The notes: generated by a model from the letters alone, not told the origin. DNA of 53,008 nucleotides from a virus (IMGVR_UViG_3300025120_013163:1-53008); one strand, 5' to 3'. Shown: positions 38,513-47,628, counted from the first letter of the stretch. Translations and numbers: made by a program.

Positions 38513-38523
38513 TAAAATATATA

Positions 38524-38823
38524 ATGAAAGATACATTTGATTTAAAAAAATATCTTAAAGAAGCTAAAGACGATGAGGGTAATAGAGTACCTAGTGCTGA
38601 ACTTATTTTACCTAGAGGTAAAGAAGTTGTATTACAAGCCGAGTCACAAGATTATAAAAGAGGATTATTAGTAGAATTATTAGATAATGGGGGTTATAGA
38701 ATAAAATATTGGTATGGAGATGATATTAAAGTATACCCAGCTGAAGTTAAAGTAGATGGGGAATCAATTAAAAAAGATGCTAAAGTAGTAGATATATTAT
38801 TTCATCCTGAATTAAAAAAATAA
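38524..38823 (+). CDS. hypothetical protein
   Basis: 99 aa, begins MKDTFDLKKYLKE. Confidence 0.7.
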   Translation: MKDTFDLKKYLKEAKDDEGNRVPSAELILPRGKEVVLQAESQDYKRGLLVELLDNGGYRIKYWYGDDIKVYPAEVKVDGESIKKDAKVVDILFHPELKK

Positions 38824-38830
38824 ATATAAA

Positions 38831-38992
38831 ATGAACGAAGGAACTAAAAGCCAAGTTATAGAATACGTTTATAAAAATTATAAATTATACAAAAATAAAG
38901 AATTAATAGTTGAAGAATTTGATAATTGTTTTAGAATTAAATCAAATGAAGATGAATCTCCTTTAATATTAGGTAAAAATATTTTAAAATAA
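38831..38992 (+). CDS. small hypothetical protein (53 aa)
   Basis: ATG38831-TAA38992. Confidence 0.55.
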   Translation: MNEGTKSQVIEYVYKNYKLYKNKELIVEEFDNCFRIKSNEDESPLILGKNILK

Positions 38993-39007
38993 TTCTAATA
39001 AATCCCC

Positions 39008-39058
39008 GCGAAAATGCTTGGATACCTGAAATATCTTTCGTATATTTATGTATAAATA
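39008..39058 (+). promoter_or_regulatory. repeated promoter
   Basis: gcgaaaatgcttgg-atacctgaaatatct-ttcgtatattta. Confidence 0.85.
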
Positions 39059-39063
39059 AAGAT

Positions 39064-39192
39064 ATGAACAACGAAGAACTATATAGAAAATTAAGAATAA
39101 TTCAAGAATTACTTGATGAAGATGTACGTGAAGCTAAACGTGAATTAGAATACTTAATCCAAGAAGTACACGGTATTACAAAAACAAGATAA
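39064..39192 (+). CDS. small hypothetical protein (42 aa)
   Basis: ATG39064-TAA39192, between two promoter repeats. Confidence 0.55.
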   Translation: MNNEELYRKLRIIQELLDEDVREAKRELEYLIQEVHGITKTR

Positions 39193-39200
39193 AGACTTAT

Positions 39201-39294
39201 GCGAAAATATTTGGAGAAGCCAAATATCTTTCGTATATTTACAGGGTAAATAAGGGCGTAAAGCCAAGTATAAATTAAAAAAATAAAGGTTATG
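39201..39294 (+). promoter_or_regulatory. repeated promoter within an inverted repeat, plus conserved leader
   Basis: cgaaaatatttgg/ccaaatatctttcg stem; 35-nt leader identical to 40055-40089; aaaggttATG. Confidence 0.85.
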
Positions 39295-40002
39295 TTAGAA
39301 CAATTAGAATTATTCCAAGTATTAAATCAAGAACAATTAAATGAAGTTGATAGATTTGTAGAAAGAACAAATCAACAAATAGTTGATAGAGTAGCAAGTA
39401 TAAAGAAAATGATAGATTTACTTGAAGAAGGTGGTTTTGTAGAAGATGTAAACTTTAATAGAAATTTTGAAATAGGAACTAGTACACATGAAAGATCATT
39501 TGGATATGGTGATGATAGTTTTAAAGCTGAAGTAACAGTTAACACAGTAAGTGGTGGTGTTTATTTAATACATAAATATTTTAGAAATGGTTCATGTAAG
39601 TTAACTTCATCAGGAGTTAGTTTAGAAGGTGATAAATTAATGTGCACAATGATAACTCCACAGTACAGAGCTTATAAACCATCTACATTATTAGTTAAGT
39701 TAAATGAATATAATCAAGAGCAACAATGGAAATATGATAATGCTGTTAAGAAAAATGAAATATTAAATTATACTCTTGGTAAGTATTCAAAATTATATTC
39801 AAATGCTAAAGTACAAACAGGAAATGGATATGCTGGTAATTCTTCATTCACAACAGTTTTAGTTTCATTTGAGAGTGGTAGTTGGGTTGAATTTAGATTA
39901 GGATATAGAAAAGATGAAGAATATATGTTTAAAAAATTTGATGCTAAGGTTGATGCATTAAAAGGTATGGATTTATTAAATCATTTTAATAAACAATCAT
40001 AA
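39292..40002 (+). CDS. hypothetical protein
   Basis: 236 aa ORF after promoter/leader. Confidence 0.8.
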   Translation: MLEQLELFQVLNQEQLNEVDRFVERTNQQIVDRVASIKKMIDLLEEGGFVEDVNFNRNFEIGTSTHERSFGYGDDSFKAEVTVNTVSGGVYLIHKYFRNGSCKLTSSGVSLEGDKLMCTMITPQYRAYKPSTLLVKLNEYNQEQQWKYDNAVKKNEILNYTLGKYSKLYSNAKVQTGNGYAGNSSFTTVLVSFESGSWVEFRLGYRKDEEYMFKKFDAKVDALKGMDLLNHFNKQS

Positions 40003-40009
40003 AGTAATT

Positions 40010-40105
40010 GCGAAAGGGGTAGGATACCTGAGATCCCTTTCGTATATTTACGGAGTAAATAAGGGCGTAAAGCCAAGTATAAATTAAAATTAAATAAAAG
40101 TTATG
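40010..40105 (+). promoter_or_regulatory. repeated promoter (AGG variant) within an inverted repeat, plus conserved leader
   Basis: cgaaaggg/ccctttcg stem; agg-N15-ttcgtatattta; leader identical to 39246-39280. Confidence 0.85.
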
Positions 40106-40261
40106 AGTGAAACAAGATTAAAAGAGTTACAAGATGAAATTGCTAGATTAAGAGAAATAGATAGACAAATATCTGAAAGAGTAGATAAAGAGGCAGATAA
40201 TTCTATAGTAATAGAATGCAGTGCAGATTTAGATTTAGCAATGCAATATGAAAGCGAATAA
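40103..40261 (+). CDS. small hypothetical protein (52 aa)
   Basis: aaaagttATG40103-TAA40261. Confidence 0.6.
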   Translation: MSETRLKELQDEIARLREIDRQISERVDKEADNSIVIECSADLDLAMQYESE

Positions 40262-40280
40262 TAATTAAAAAATAAAGGTT

Positions 40281-40469
40281 ATGTCAAAAATTAGAGTAAA
40301 TACAAAAAATAGTAAAGTAATTAATGAAACATTATTTATTGATTTAATAAAATTAAATTCATTAAAAAAGAAACAAAGAGAAAATGTTAACGATGGAAGT
40401 AGTATTATTCATCCTATGTTAGGGAGAATGGTATCATATGAAGGTGAATTCATCAGAATTAATAAATAA
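40281..40469 (+). CDS. hypothetical protein
   Basis: 62 aa, aaaggttATG leader. Confidence 0.7.
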   Translation: MSKIRVNTKNSKVINETLFIDLIKLNSLKKKQRENVNDGSSIIHPMLGRMVSYEGEFIRINK

Positions 40470-40484
40470 AAAAAAATAAAGGTT

Positions 40485-40925
40485 ATGGTTAAAGCAAAAA
40501 GATTAGTACTTACAAATGAGTGGGTTGAAATAAAGGAAATGTTCGAAACAAACACTAATGGTTGTGAAGATTATGGTAAAAATTTCGAAATTGGGGGTGA
40601 ATTAGATATTTTAACTAGGTCATTTTTAGATAGATTAGGTGAAATTACAACACATAAAGGTTATTACTGTGTAATTGACGGAGTTAAAATGGATTTATGG
40701 AAAGAAAGATTATGGTCCGTAGTTGAAAATGCAGGTTTATTAGCCCCAATAGCTTGGAAAATAGATAAAACAACTCAAGATGAAATCGATAGAAAAGTTG
40801 AATTAGAAGAAGCTAAATGGGATAATGAGTTTAATGAATTAGATGACTATGAACCAACTGATGATGAACTAAGAGAAACAGAGAATCCAGAATTCAATAG
40901 TATTAATTTAATAGAAATAGAATAA
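40485..40925 (+). CDS. hypothetical protein with acidic C-terminus
   Basis: 146 aa, aaaggttATG leader. Confidence 0.75.
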   Translation: MVKAKRLVLTNEWVEIKEMFETNTNGCEDYGKNFEIGGELDILTRSFLDRLGEITTHKGYYCVIDGVKMDLWKERLWSVVENAGLLAPIAWKIDKTTQDEIDRKVELEEAKWDNEFNELDDYEPTDDELRETENPEFNSINLIEIE

Positions 40926-40926
40926 T

Positions 40927-41073
40927 ATGTACGATGACTTTCAAGTAGTAACACAAGGAGATAGTTTTTTAATGGGATTATCTTATTATAGTAAAAACGA
41001 TGTAGCTGAAGAAGATTGGGCTGAATTAAATCTTTATTTGGGTTTTGTTAGATTAACATGGAGAAAATTTTAA
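40927..41073 (+). CDS. small hypothetical protein (48 aa)
   Basis: ATG40927-TAA41073. Confidence 0.5.
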   Translation: MYDDFQVVTQGDSFLMGLSYYSKNDVAEEDWAELNLYLGFVRLTWRKF

Positions 41074-41074
41074 T

Positions 41075-41419
41075 ATGAGTAGAGCATTATTATATACATT
41101 TATAATATTTACTATAACACAAATTGCAGTTTGGTATCAAACTAATGGACAATTTATATCTGAATGGTTTAAAAATAATACTTTTATATTAAGTTTATTT
41201 GGAATACCTATTAGTTTTGGATATATTTATGCTACTAGATTTGCATTTGAAGCGTTTGATAATGTGTTATGGCCTGGTAGATTATTAGGTTTTGCTTTAG
41301 GTATTATTTCTTTTACTATATTAACTAATTATCATATGGGGGAAGGAATAACACCCAAAGTAATTGTAAGTTTAATATTAGCAACAACTTTAGTTTTAAT
41401 CCAAGTACTTTGGAAATGA
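41075..41419 (+). CDS. 4-TM small membrane protein (DMT/SMR-like)
   Basis: four hydrophobic segments and a GEGIT loop. Confidence 0.65.
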   Translation: MSRALLYTFIIFTITQIAVWYQTNGQFISEWFKNNTFILSLFGIPISFGYIYATRFAFEAFDNVLWPGRLLGFALGIISFTILTNYHMGEGITPKVIVSLILATTLVLIQVLWK

Positions 41420-41631
41420 TAGGAGTACATTATATAAAATATATAAATGATATAGGTTATATTGTTAAAAATGAAATATCTAAACATATGTTTACCCAAA
41501 ATAACCAAGTAAGATTTGATTGGGTACAAATGTATAGAGATGAAATGGGTTATGACCATGTACTGCAAAATGATAATGTATTTTTCTTTTGTGAAACAAT
41601 AGAAGAAGCAAAAATAATAATAAATGAATAA
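41410..41631 (+). CDS. hypothetical protein
   Basis: coupled ORF; start may be ATG41416. Confidence 0.6.
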   Translation: MEMIGVHYIKYINDIGYIVKNEISKHMFTQNNQVRFDWVQMYRDEMGYDHVLQNDNVFFFCETIEEAKIIINE

Positions 41632-42280
41632 AATAGCTTGTTTTATACCTATAAAAAGCAATAGTAGTAGAGTACCTAATAAAAATTTCCGTCTGCTTGG
41701 GGGTAAACCTTTATATAAACATGCTTTGGATACAGTAATTAAGTCTAAAGTTTTTGATGACATATTTGTTGATACAGATTCTAAAGATGTAAAAAAATAT
41801 TGTATAGAAAATTCAATTAATGTTATAGATAGAGATCCAAAATTGTCAAAAGATGATGCAAATGGGAATGACTTATTAAAATATTGGGTTGATATTAAAC
41901 CTAATTATGATGTTTATTTTCAAGTTTTTGTAACTTCTCCATTTTTAACAATTAAAACATTAAATGATTGTGTAAACATTATGAATGAGAATAATAATGA
42001 TTCTGTATTTACAGTTATTGAAGATTATACTTGGTATTGGTTTAATAATAAACCTATAAATTACGATCCTAAACTATTACCAAGAAGCCAAGATGCTAAA
42101 CCTATAATAAAGGAAACAACAAGCCTATATGCTATAAATAAAAATGGTTTTAAAAAAACAAAATCTAGAATAGGTGAGTTTCCCAAAACTTATGCTGTAG
42201 CTGAAGTAGAAAGTACAGATATTGATAATAAATTTGACTTTTTTATAGCAGAACAAATAATTAAAAATTATAAATTATGA
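41624..42280 (+). CDS. acylneuraminate (CMP-nonulosonate) cytidylyltransferase family
   Basis: IPIKSNSSRVPNKN, GKPL, VDTDS, TSPF, PRSQD and DIDNKFDF motifs. Confidence 0.9.
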   Translation: MNKIACFIPIKSNSSRVPNKNFRLLGGKPLYKHALDTVIKSKVFDDIFVDTDSKDVKKYCIENSINVIDRDPKLSKDDANGNDLLKYWVDIKPNYDVYFQVFVTSPFLTIKTLNDCVNIMNENNNDSVFTVIEDYTWYWFNNKPINYDPKLLPRSQDAKPIIKETTSLYAINKNGFKKTKSRIGEFPKTYAVAEVESTDIDNKFDFFIAEQIIKNYKL

Positions 42281-43260
42281 TGAATATTGAAAACATAGGA
42301 CATAGATTTAATGAAATAGTAAATACTCCTGAATGGAAAGAATTACAAGAAAAATACAATAAATGCAATGATATTTATGTATTGGGTCATGGTGGTAATA
42401 TGGGAATAGCAGATCACACAGCAGTTGACATGACAAGATTGTCAAATGGTACAAAAAATGCTATATGCCCAGGCAGTTGTGTTGTAGCTACATCTTTAAT
42501 TAATGATACAGATTTTACACAATGGATGGTAGCATGGTTACAACAAAGAACATCTACTAGAACTAAAGGCCAAATGAAAAAATCACTAGTATATGGTATT
42601 TCTTCTTCAGGAACATCTAAAGATGTAATTAAAGCATTACAGTGGGCTTCTGATAATAATATGGAAACATGTTTATTAACGGCTAAATCTATTTCAAGTA
42701 AAATAAAAGGACTGACTCAAGTGATATTAGGAGTAGATTATTATCATACAGCTGAATGTTTAAGTTTATTATTACAATACCAATTAACACATGGTTCTGG
42801 TAATGAATGTCCTCCAATAGGACAAAATAGTCCTGAAGATCTAAAAGGATTAAATTGGAATAAGGGTATTCGTAAACATTCTTACCCAGATGAACAAATA
42901 AATTTAGGTATAGATTTTGATGGCGTTATCCATAAAAACAGTAGGGGATTTTATGATGGTACTATATATGATGAACCTATTAAGGGAACTGAAGAAGCAC
43001 TTAAAAAATTATCAGATAAATACACATTAATATGTTATACAGCTAAAGCAAAACCAGATAGAGGATTAGTAAACGGTAAAACAGGAACTGAATTAGTTTG
43101 GGAATGGTTAGATAAACATAATTTTTCTAAATACATTTCTAAGGTTACAGCTGAAAAACCAAGAGCAGTTGCATATATTGATGATAAAAATATTAGATTT
43201 ACTGATTGGGAATCATGTTTTAAAGATTTAAATAAATTAAATATGTTAGATAATGAATAA
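42277..43260 (+). CDS. SIS (GmhA-like) isomerase fused to HAD phosphatase
   Basis: GHGGN, GISSSGTS, then GIDFDGVIH, KP and YIDD. Confidence 0.82.
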   Translation: MMNIENIGHRFNEIVNTPEWKELQEKYNKCNDIYVLGHGGNMGIADHTAVDMTRLSNGTKNAICPGSCVVATSLINDTDFTQWMVAWLQQRTSTRTKGQMKKSLVYGISSSGTSKDVIKALQWASDNNMETCLLTAKSISSKIKGLTQVILGVDYYHTAECLSLLLQYQLTHGSGNECPPIGQNSPEDLKGLNWNKGIRKHSYPDEQINLGIDFDGVIHKNSRGFYDGTIYDEPIKGTEEALKKLSDKYTLICYTAKAKPDRGLVNGKTGTELVWEWLDKHNFSKYISKVTAEKPRAVAYIDDKNIRFTDWESCFKDLNKLNMLDNE

Positions 43261-43948
43261 ATCTGTATTAGTAGTATATTCTTGTTATAATCCCCCTACA
43301 TCTTTAATAGATAGTATTCAAAGTTTATACGATAAACAAATACTTAATAATACTAAACATAAAATAATTTGTGTAGATAATAATAGTGATATTATATCAA
43401 CTTATGATGCAGTTAAAGAACAATTTCCTAATGTAGAAATAATATTTAATAAAAATAAAAACTATGAATGGGGGGCTTATAAATATGCTTATGATAATTT
43501 TTCTAATTATGATTTATATTTTTGTTTACAAGATACAATTGTTTTTACAAAACAAATTAATATTAATAATATAACAGATAATTCTCCTTATTCTATATTT
43601 TATTCTGGGGGATTCCTTAAATTAGGAGCTGATCCTTTTGGTGTAAAAGTATTTTATTTAAAAAATCTTTTATCATATAAAGTATTAAAACAAAAAAACA
43701 TAAATTTTGATGATATGGTTTGTGAAGATTTTATAATGTCTCAACATAATACATTTTTAATAACAAAAAATGATTTATCTAAATTATTTGAAGTGTTAAT
43801 TAACCCTCCAAGTAATAAACTAGATTCTAATTTATATGAAAGAATATTTGGGTTATATTTTATAAAAAAGAATATTAATAGAAAAGATCTAACCTCTTAT
43901 ATAAAAAAAATAGATAGAGAAGATAGAATATTTATAACAAAAAAATAA
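43253..43948 (+). CDS. putative glycosyltransferase (GT2-like)
   Basis: CVDNNS, YEWGA, LQDT and YERIFG motifs. Confidence 0.6.
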   Translation: MNKSVLVVYSCYNPPTSLIDSIQSLYDKQILNNTKHKIICVDNNSDIISTYDAVKEQFPNVEIIFNKNKNYEWGAYKYAYDNFSNYDLYFCLQDTIVFTKQININNITDNSPYSIFYSGGFLKLGADPFGVKVFYLKNLLSYKVLKQKNINFDDMVCEDFIMSQHNTFLITKNDLSKLFEVLINPPSNKLDSNLYERIFGLYFIKKNINRKDLTSYIKKIDREDRIFITKK

Positions 43949-43954
43949 TAAATT

Positions 43955-44242
43955 ATGGAAAATTTTAATAACTTTTTTAACAACTATGAAAAAAATGAAA
44001 TTACAAACGAAGAATTAGTTAGGTTGGCTAATGAAAATACTTTTAGTATATTAATGGGGAAAACCACAATGGAGGAATTATTTGAACAAGATGTTGATAT
44101 ACCCCTATTAGTGGATCCATCTGAAAAGCCATTGTCAAAAGATAAAAAAATGGAAATTTTAGAGGGAATGATTGAATATTATACTGAAGGAGAAGAATAT
44201 GAAAAGTGTAGTAAATTAGTAAAGCTAAAAAATAAATTATGA
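43955..44242 (+). CDS. hypothetical protein with C-terminal UVR-like motif
   Basis: YYTEGEEYEKCSKL. Confidence 0.6.
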   Translation: MENFNNFFNNYEKNEITNEELVRLANENTFSILMGKTTMEELFEQDVDIPLLVDPSEKPLSKDKKMEILEGMIEYYTEGEEYEKCSKLVKLKNKL

Positions 44243-44520
44243 AATTAGATAATAAAATTACAAGTTATATCTGGGATAAATGTGCAAAACAAATAGTTGA
44301 TGGTTACGTTTATGTTAAAATGGATGATATAATTAAATTAGATATTGATAAAAAAGATTTAATTGTGGATGATTTAGAAATAGTACCCAAAGTAATAACT
44401 AATGAAGTAATAGTTAAAGAAGAAATAAATATGGACTCAGTAGCTAAGTATCTAATTGAAGAGGGATTTAAATATGAAAAAAGCATAGATAGTGAGAGTG
44501 AGTTTTGGATAAAAAATTAA
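44239..44520 (+). CDS. hypothetical protein
   Basis: 93 aa coupled ORF. Confidence 0.65.
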   Translation: MKLDNKITSYIWDKCAKQIVDGYVYVKMDDIIKLDIDKKDLIVDDLEIVPKVITNEVIVKEEINMDSVAKYLIEEGFKYEKSIDSESEFWIKN

Positions 44521-44523
44521 TAT

Positions 44524-44718
44524 ATGTTAGTAATAAAATTAGGTAAAAATGAAAAAATAGATAGAGCATTAAAACGCTTTAAAAAAAAATTTAGAAATAC
44601 CAAAGTATTACAAAAATTAAGAGAAAAAAAACAGCATATAAAAAAATCAACTAAATTAAGAGAACAAAAACAAAAAGCAATTTATAATAAATTAAAAAAA
44701 GACAGTTATGATGAATAA
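44524..44718 (+). CDS. rpsU: 30S ribosomal protein bS21
   Basis: MLVI...EKIDRALKRFKKK...LRE...KKS..LR...KAIY; 64 aa, Bacteroidota-type. Confidence 0.9.
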   Translation: MLVIKLGKNEKIDRALKRFKKKFRNTKVLQKLREKKQHIKKSTKLREQKQKAIYNKLKKDSYDE

Positions 44719-44932
44719 AGATTTCAAACCATTATTTGAAAATTTAAATATGAATCCTGCTAGGGGTGAAAATGAAACATATGATGAATATGTTATTAGA
44801 AGAAAAAAAGTTAATTTTATCTTAAAAAAATATAAACAAACAGGTAGAGAAGTATTTGAATCAGTATTCCCTGAAGGTGTTACAATTGATGGGATGGATA
44901 ATATAATTAAAGATGCACAAAATGGCCAATAA
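44708..44932 (+). CDS. hypothetical protein
   Basis: 74 aa ORF. Confidence 0.65.
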   Translation: MMNKDFKPLFENLNMNPARGENETYDEYVIRRKKVNFILKKYKQTGREVFESVFPEGVTIDGMDNIIKDAQNGQ

Positions 44933-45308
44933 AAGTTATGACAAACGCAGAGCGTTATTTTGTAAATTAATTAAAAAAAGCGATACTCATGATGGGTATT
45001 ATAAATATTTGGTTACAATAGGTGAAAAAGATGGTACTATCCATAAACAACCTGTGTATGGGAGGGATATGCAAGATGCAATTAGTAGATTAATTAAAAA
45101 AGAACTCACTGTTAAGGTTGAAAAAAAATTAGAAACAGGATGGATTTTTGTTGCTTGGTTAATTGCGATGGCATGGCCTGCTGTTATATTTGGTATAAAT
45201 GGGGTTGAAGATAATCCTATGTGGATTGCATTATCACTTGGTTCAGTATTTATAATGACAATGATAGCAGTTTGGTGGTATAGTTATGTGAATAAAGGTG
45301 AAAAATGA
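44913..45308 (+). CDS. membrane protein with two C-terminal TM helices
   Basis: hydrophobic segments WIFVAWLIAMAW and WIALSLGSVFIM. Confidence 0.7.
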   Translation: MHKMANKSYDKRRALFCKLIKKSDTHDGYYKYLVTIGEKDGTIHKQPVYGRDMQDAISRLIKKELTVKVEKKLETGWIFVAWLIAMAWPAVIFGINGVEDNPMWIALSLGSVFIMTMIAVWWYSYVNKGEK

Positions 45309-46177
45309 TTATAGATAGTTTTTTATTTAATGGTGAGTTAGAACTTTTAGAATTAAGATTAAAAGTTTTATATAATTATGTTGACAAATTTACTATAGTT
45401 GAAAGTAATTTTACTTTTAAGGGGAATTTAAAACCTATGGTATGTAAAGAATATTTAGAAGATCTTGGATTTAAGGATGATCCTAAAATTGAAGTAATTG
45501 AAGTTAATCTACCACCTTCTAATTCTAAAATGTCATCAGAAGATGAAGATAATTATTGGGATATTTTAAGAAAAAATCAAATAAGTTTATGTGAAAATGA
45601 TGATATACTTATTTTAGCAGATATTGATGAATTACCTCACCCCCAATATATTGATAGCCAATGTAATTATATTAATAATAACCCTAATAATCTTTTACTT
45701 TGTGAGATTTATAATTTAGAATATCAGGTTAATTATGCTTTATCTGAAGATGGTATTTCACCAACCATTCGTAGACAACCTCTTATAGCAAAAGGAGCAT
45801 TTTGGAAAAAAAATAATCCCCAACAAGTAAGAAATTTAATTTCAAAAGGAGGGCATATTGATTCTTTTCCTTATGAAATAGAATGGTTAAATGGTATAAA
45901 ATTAGGATGGCATTTATCATGGATGGGAGATACTAATGAAAAATTAAAAAAATTAAATTCTCATTCTTGGCATTTAGAGTTGGATGATATTAGGGAAAAA
46001 TTCAATGGTAATGAGATTAAAGATAAAATAGTTAATTTTAATCCTACTAATGGTGGTAAAGATATTTTAGAAAGAGAAGAATATTCATTAATTGAATTTG
46101 ACTATACAGAACTCTTTAGAATAATAGATAATGTTGGTAATTTACCTCATATAAAAAAATATTTATTAAATAATTAA
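45305..46177 (+). CDS. GT17-like glycosyltransferase
   Basis: IIDSFLFNGELELLELRL, VESNFTFKG, LADIDELP and GWHLSWMG motifs. Confidence 0.85.
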   Translation: MIIDSFLFNGELELLELRLKVLYNYVDKFTIVESNFTFKGNLKPMVCKEYLEDLGFKDDPKIEVIEVNLPPSNSKMSSEDEDNYWDILRKNQISLCENDDILILADIDELPHPQYIDSQCNYINNNPNNLLLCEIYNLEYQVNYALSEDGISPTIRRQPLIAKGAFWKKNNPQQVRNLISKGGHIDSFPYEIEWLNGIKLGWHLSWMGDTNEKLKKLNSHSWHLELDDIREKFNGNEIKDKIVNFNPTNGGKDILEREEYSLIEFDYTELFRIIDNVGNLPHIKKYLLNN

Positions 46178-46185
46178 AATATAAT

Positions 46186-46902
46186 ATGTTATTAAGACAT
46201 GATTTAAAAGATCTATTAGTCCCTTTTAAAGGTAGTGACAAAATTAAAACAAACTATTCAGAAGTATTTCAAGATATTTTTGTATTACAATGTTTAAATG
46301 GAAAAAAGAATGGAATATATTTAGAAATTGGAGCTGCTGGTCCTGTAAGTGGAAATAATACATATTTACTAGAAAAAGAATTTGGATGGACTGGTTTATC
46401 TATAGATTATGGATATGATGATTGGGATGATAGTGTAGTTATAACTTGTGATAATCAGAGCTTTTCAAGAAGTGGGTTTAAAAAATATTGGGAAGGAAAG
46501 TGGCATAAAGATAGAGATCAACCTTTATTATTAACTAATGCTATAACTTGTGATTGGATAAATATTATAAATGATACTATAATAGATTATCTACAAGTTG
46601 ATATAGACCCACCAGGAGGTACTTATGAATGTTTAGAGAGATTACCATTTGATACAGTTGATTTTAAAGTTATAACTTATGAACATGATGCTTATGCAGA
46701 ACCTGAATGGAGAATAAAATCAAGAAAGTTTTTAGAGTCTAAAGGATATGTTTTAATAGCTGGAAATATATCAAAAGAATATGGTTCACCATTTGAAGAT
46801 TGGTGGATTAATTTAAAATATATAAATGAAATAAACCCTTTAATTAAAAGAAACATATTTGAAGAATCTTTACCAGTAATGAAATATTTATTTAATAAAT
46901 GA
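46186..46902 (+). CDS. FkbM-like methyltransferase
   Basis: QDIFV, YLEIGA, NNTYLLE, IDYLQVDID and EDWW motifs. Confidence 0.82.
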   Translation: MLLRHDLKDLLVPFKGSDKIKTNYSEVFQDIFVLQCLNGKKNGIYLEIGAAGPVSGNNTYLLEKEFGWTGLSIDYGYDDWDDSVVITCDNQSFSRSGFKKYWEGKWHKDRDQPLLLTNAITCDWINIINDTIIDYLQVDIDPPGGTYECLERLPFDTVDFKVITYEHDAYAEPEWRIKSRKFLESKGYVLIAGNISKEYGSPFEDWWINLKYINEINPLIKRNIFEESLPVMKYLFNK

Positions 46903-46960
46903 TAAAATTAATTAAAAAACTTTGGTATGAATATTATAGACGTAAAAGAAAACATAGTGT

Positions 46961-47221
46961 ATGGGATCTGTAAGTAAACTACCAGATTGGTTTGATGGAA
47001 ATGTATATGATAAGGGTGATACAGTTAGAAATCCGTTTTCAGGTGAGGAATATGAATTAACGGCTGAGGAGTTATCAATGTATGATTATATAGTTGGTAG
47101 TCAGTTAGTATTTGAAATGATGCCCGGTAACATACCTGAGGATGGTATTAAACGATTTAAACATGGTTTAGATTGGTTTAGAAAAAATAATTTAGAAGCA
47201 TATAAAATATTATTAGATTAA
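46961..47221 (+). CDS. hypothetical protein
   Basis: 86 aa ORF. Confidence 0.7.
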   Translation: MGSVSKLPDWFDGNVYDKGDTVRNPFSGEEYELTAEELSMYDYIVGSQLVFEMMPGNIPEDGIKRFKHGLDWFRKNNLEAYKILLD

Positions 47222-47226
47222 ATATT

Positions 47227-47628
47227 ATGAATAAATGTGATTGGTGTGGTGCACTAACAAGTAATAAAGAAGGATATTCAGCAATGTCTCCTTTAAATGA
47301 AAGGTATGAAAAATTAATTCAACAGTGGGATAAAGAATATGGTCAATTTTGGTATGATAATCCAGGTAAAAAGATTGATCAAAAATTATTAGACGAAGTA
47401 GTGTTATATGATCAAGCAACTAGTACAATAGGTAAAGCAATTATTTGTGATCATTGTTTAGAAAAAGATGAAATGATATACCAAAAGTATAGACAACTTA
47501 CTATTAAAGATGGTGATCCTTATGGTATGTTAAAAATAGTAGTTGATGATAATGATGATAATGTTGATTATGATATTGACAAAATGGAAATGTGGTATAA
47601 TGATGTAAAAAATAATTTGGATAAGTAA
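47227..47628 (+). CDS. hypothetical protein with two CxxC pairs
   Basis: CDWC and CDHC. Confidence 0.65.
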   Translation: MNKCDWCGALTSNKEGYSAMSPLNERYEKLIQQWDKEYGQFWYDNPGKKIDQKLLDEVVLYDQATSTIGKAIICDHCLEKDEMIYQKYRQLTIKDGDPYGMLKIVVDDNDDNVDYDIDKMEMWYNDVKNNLDK

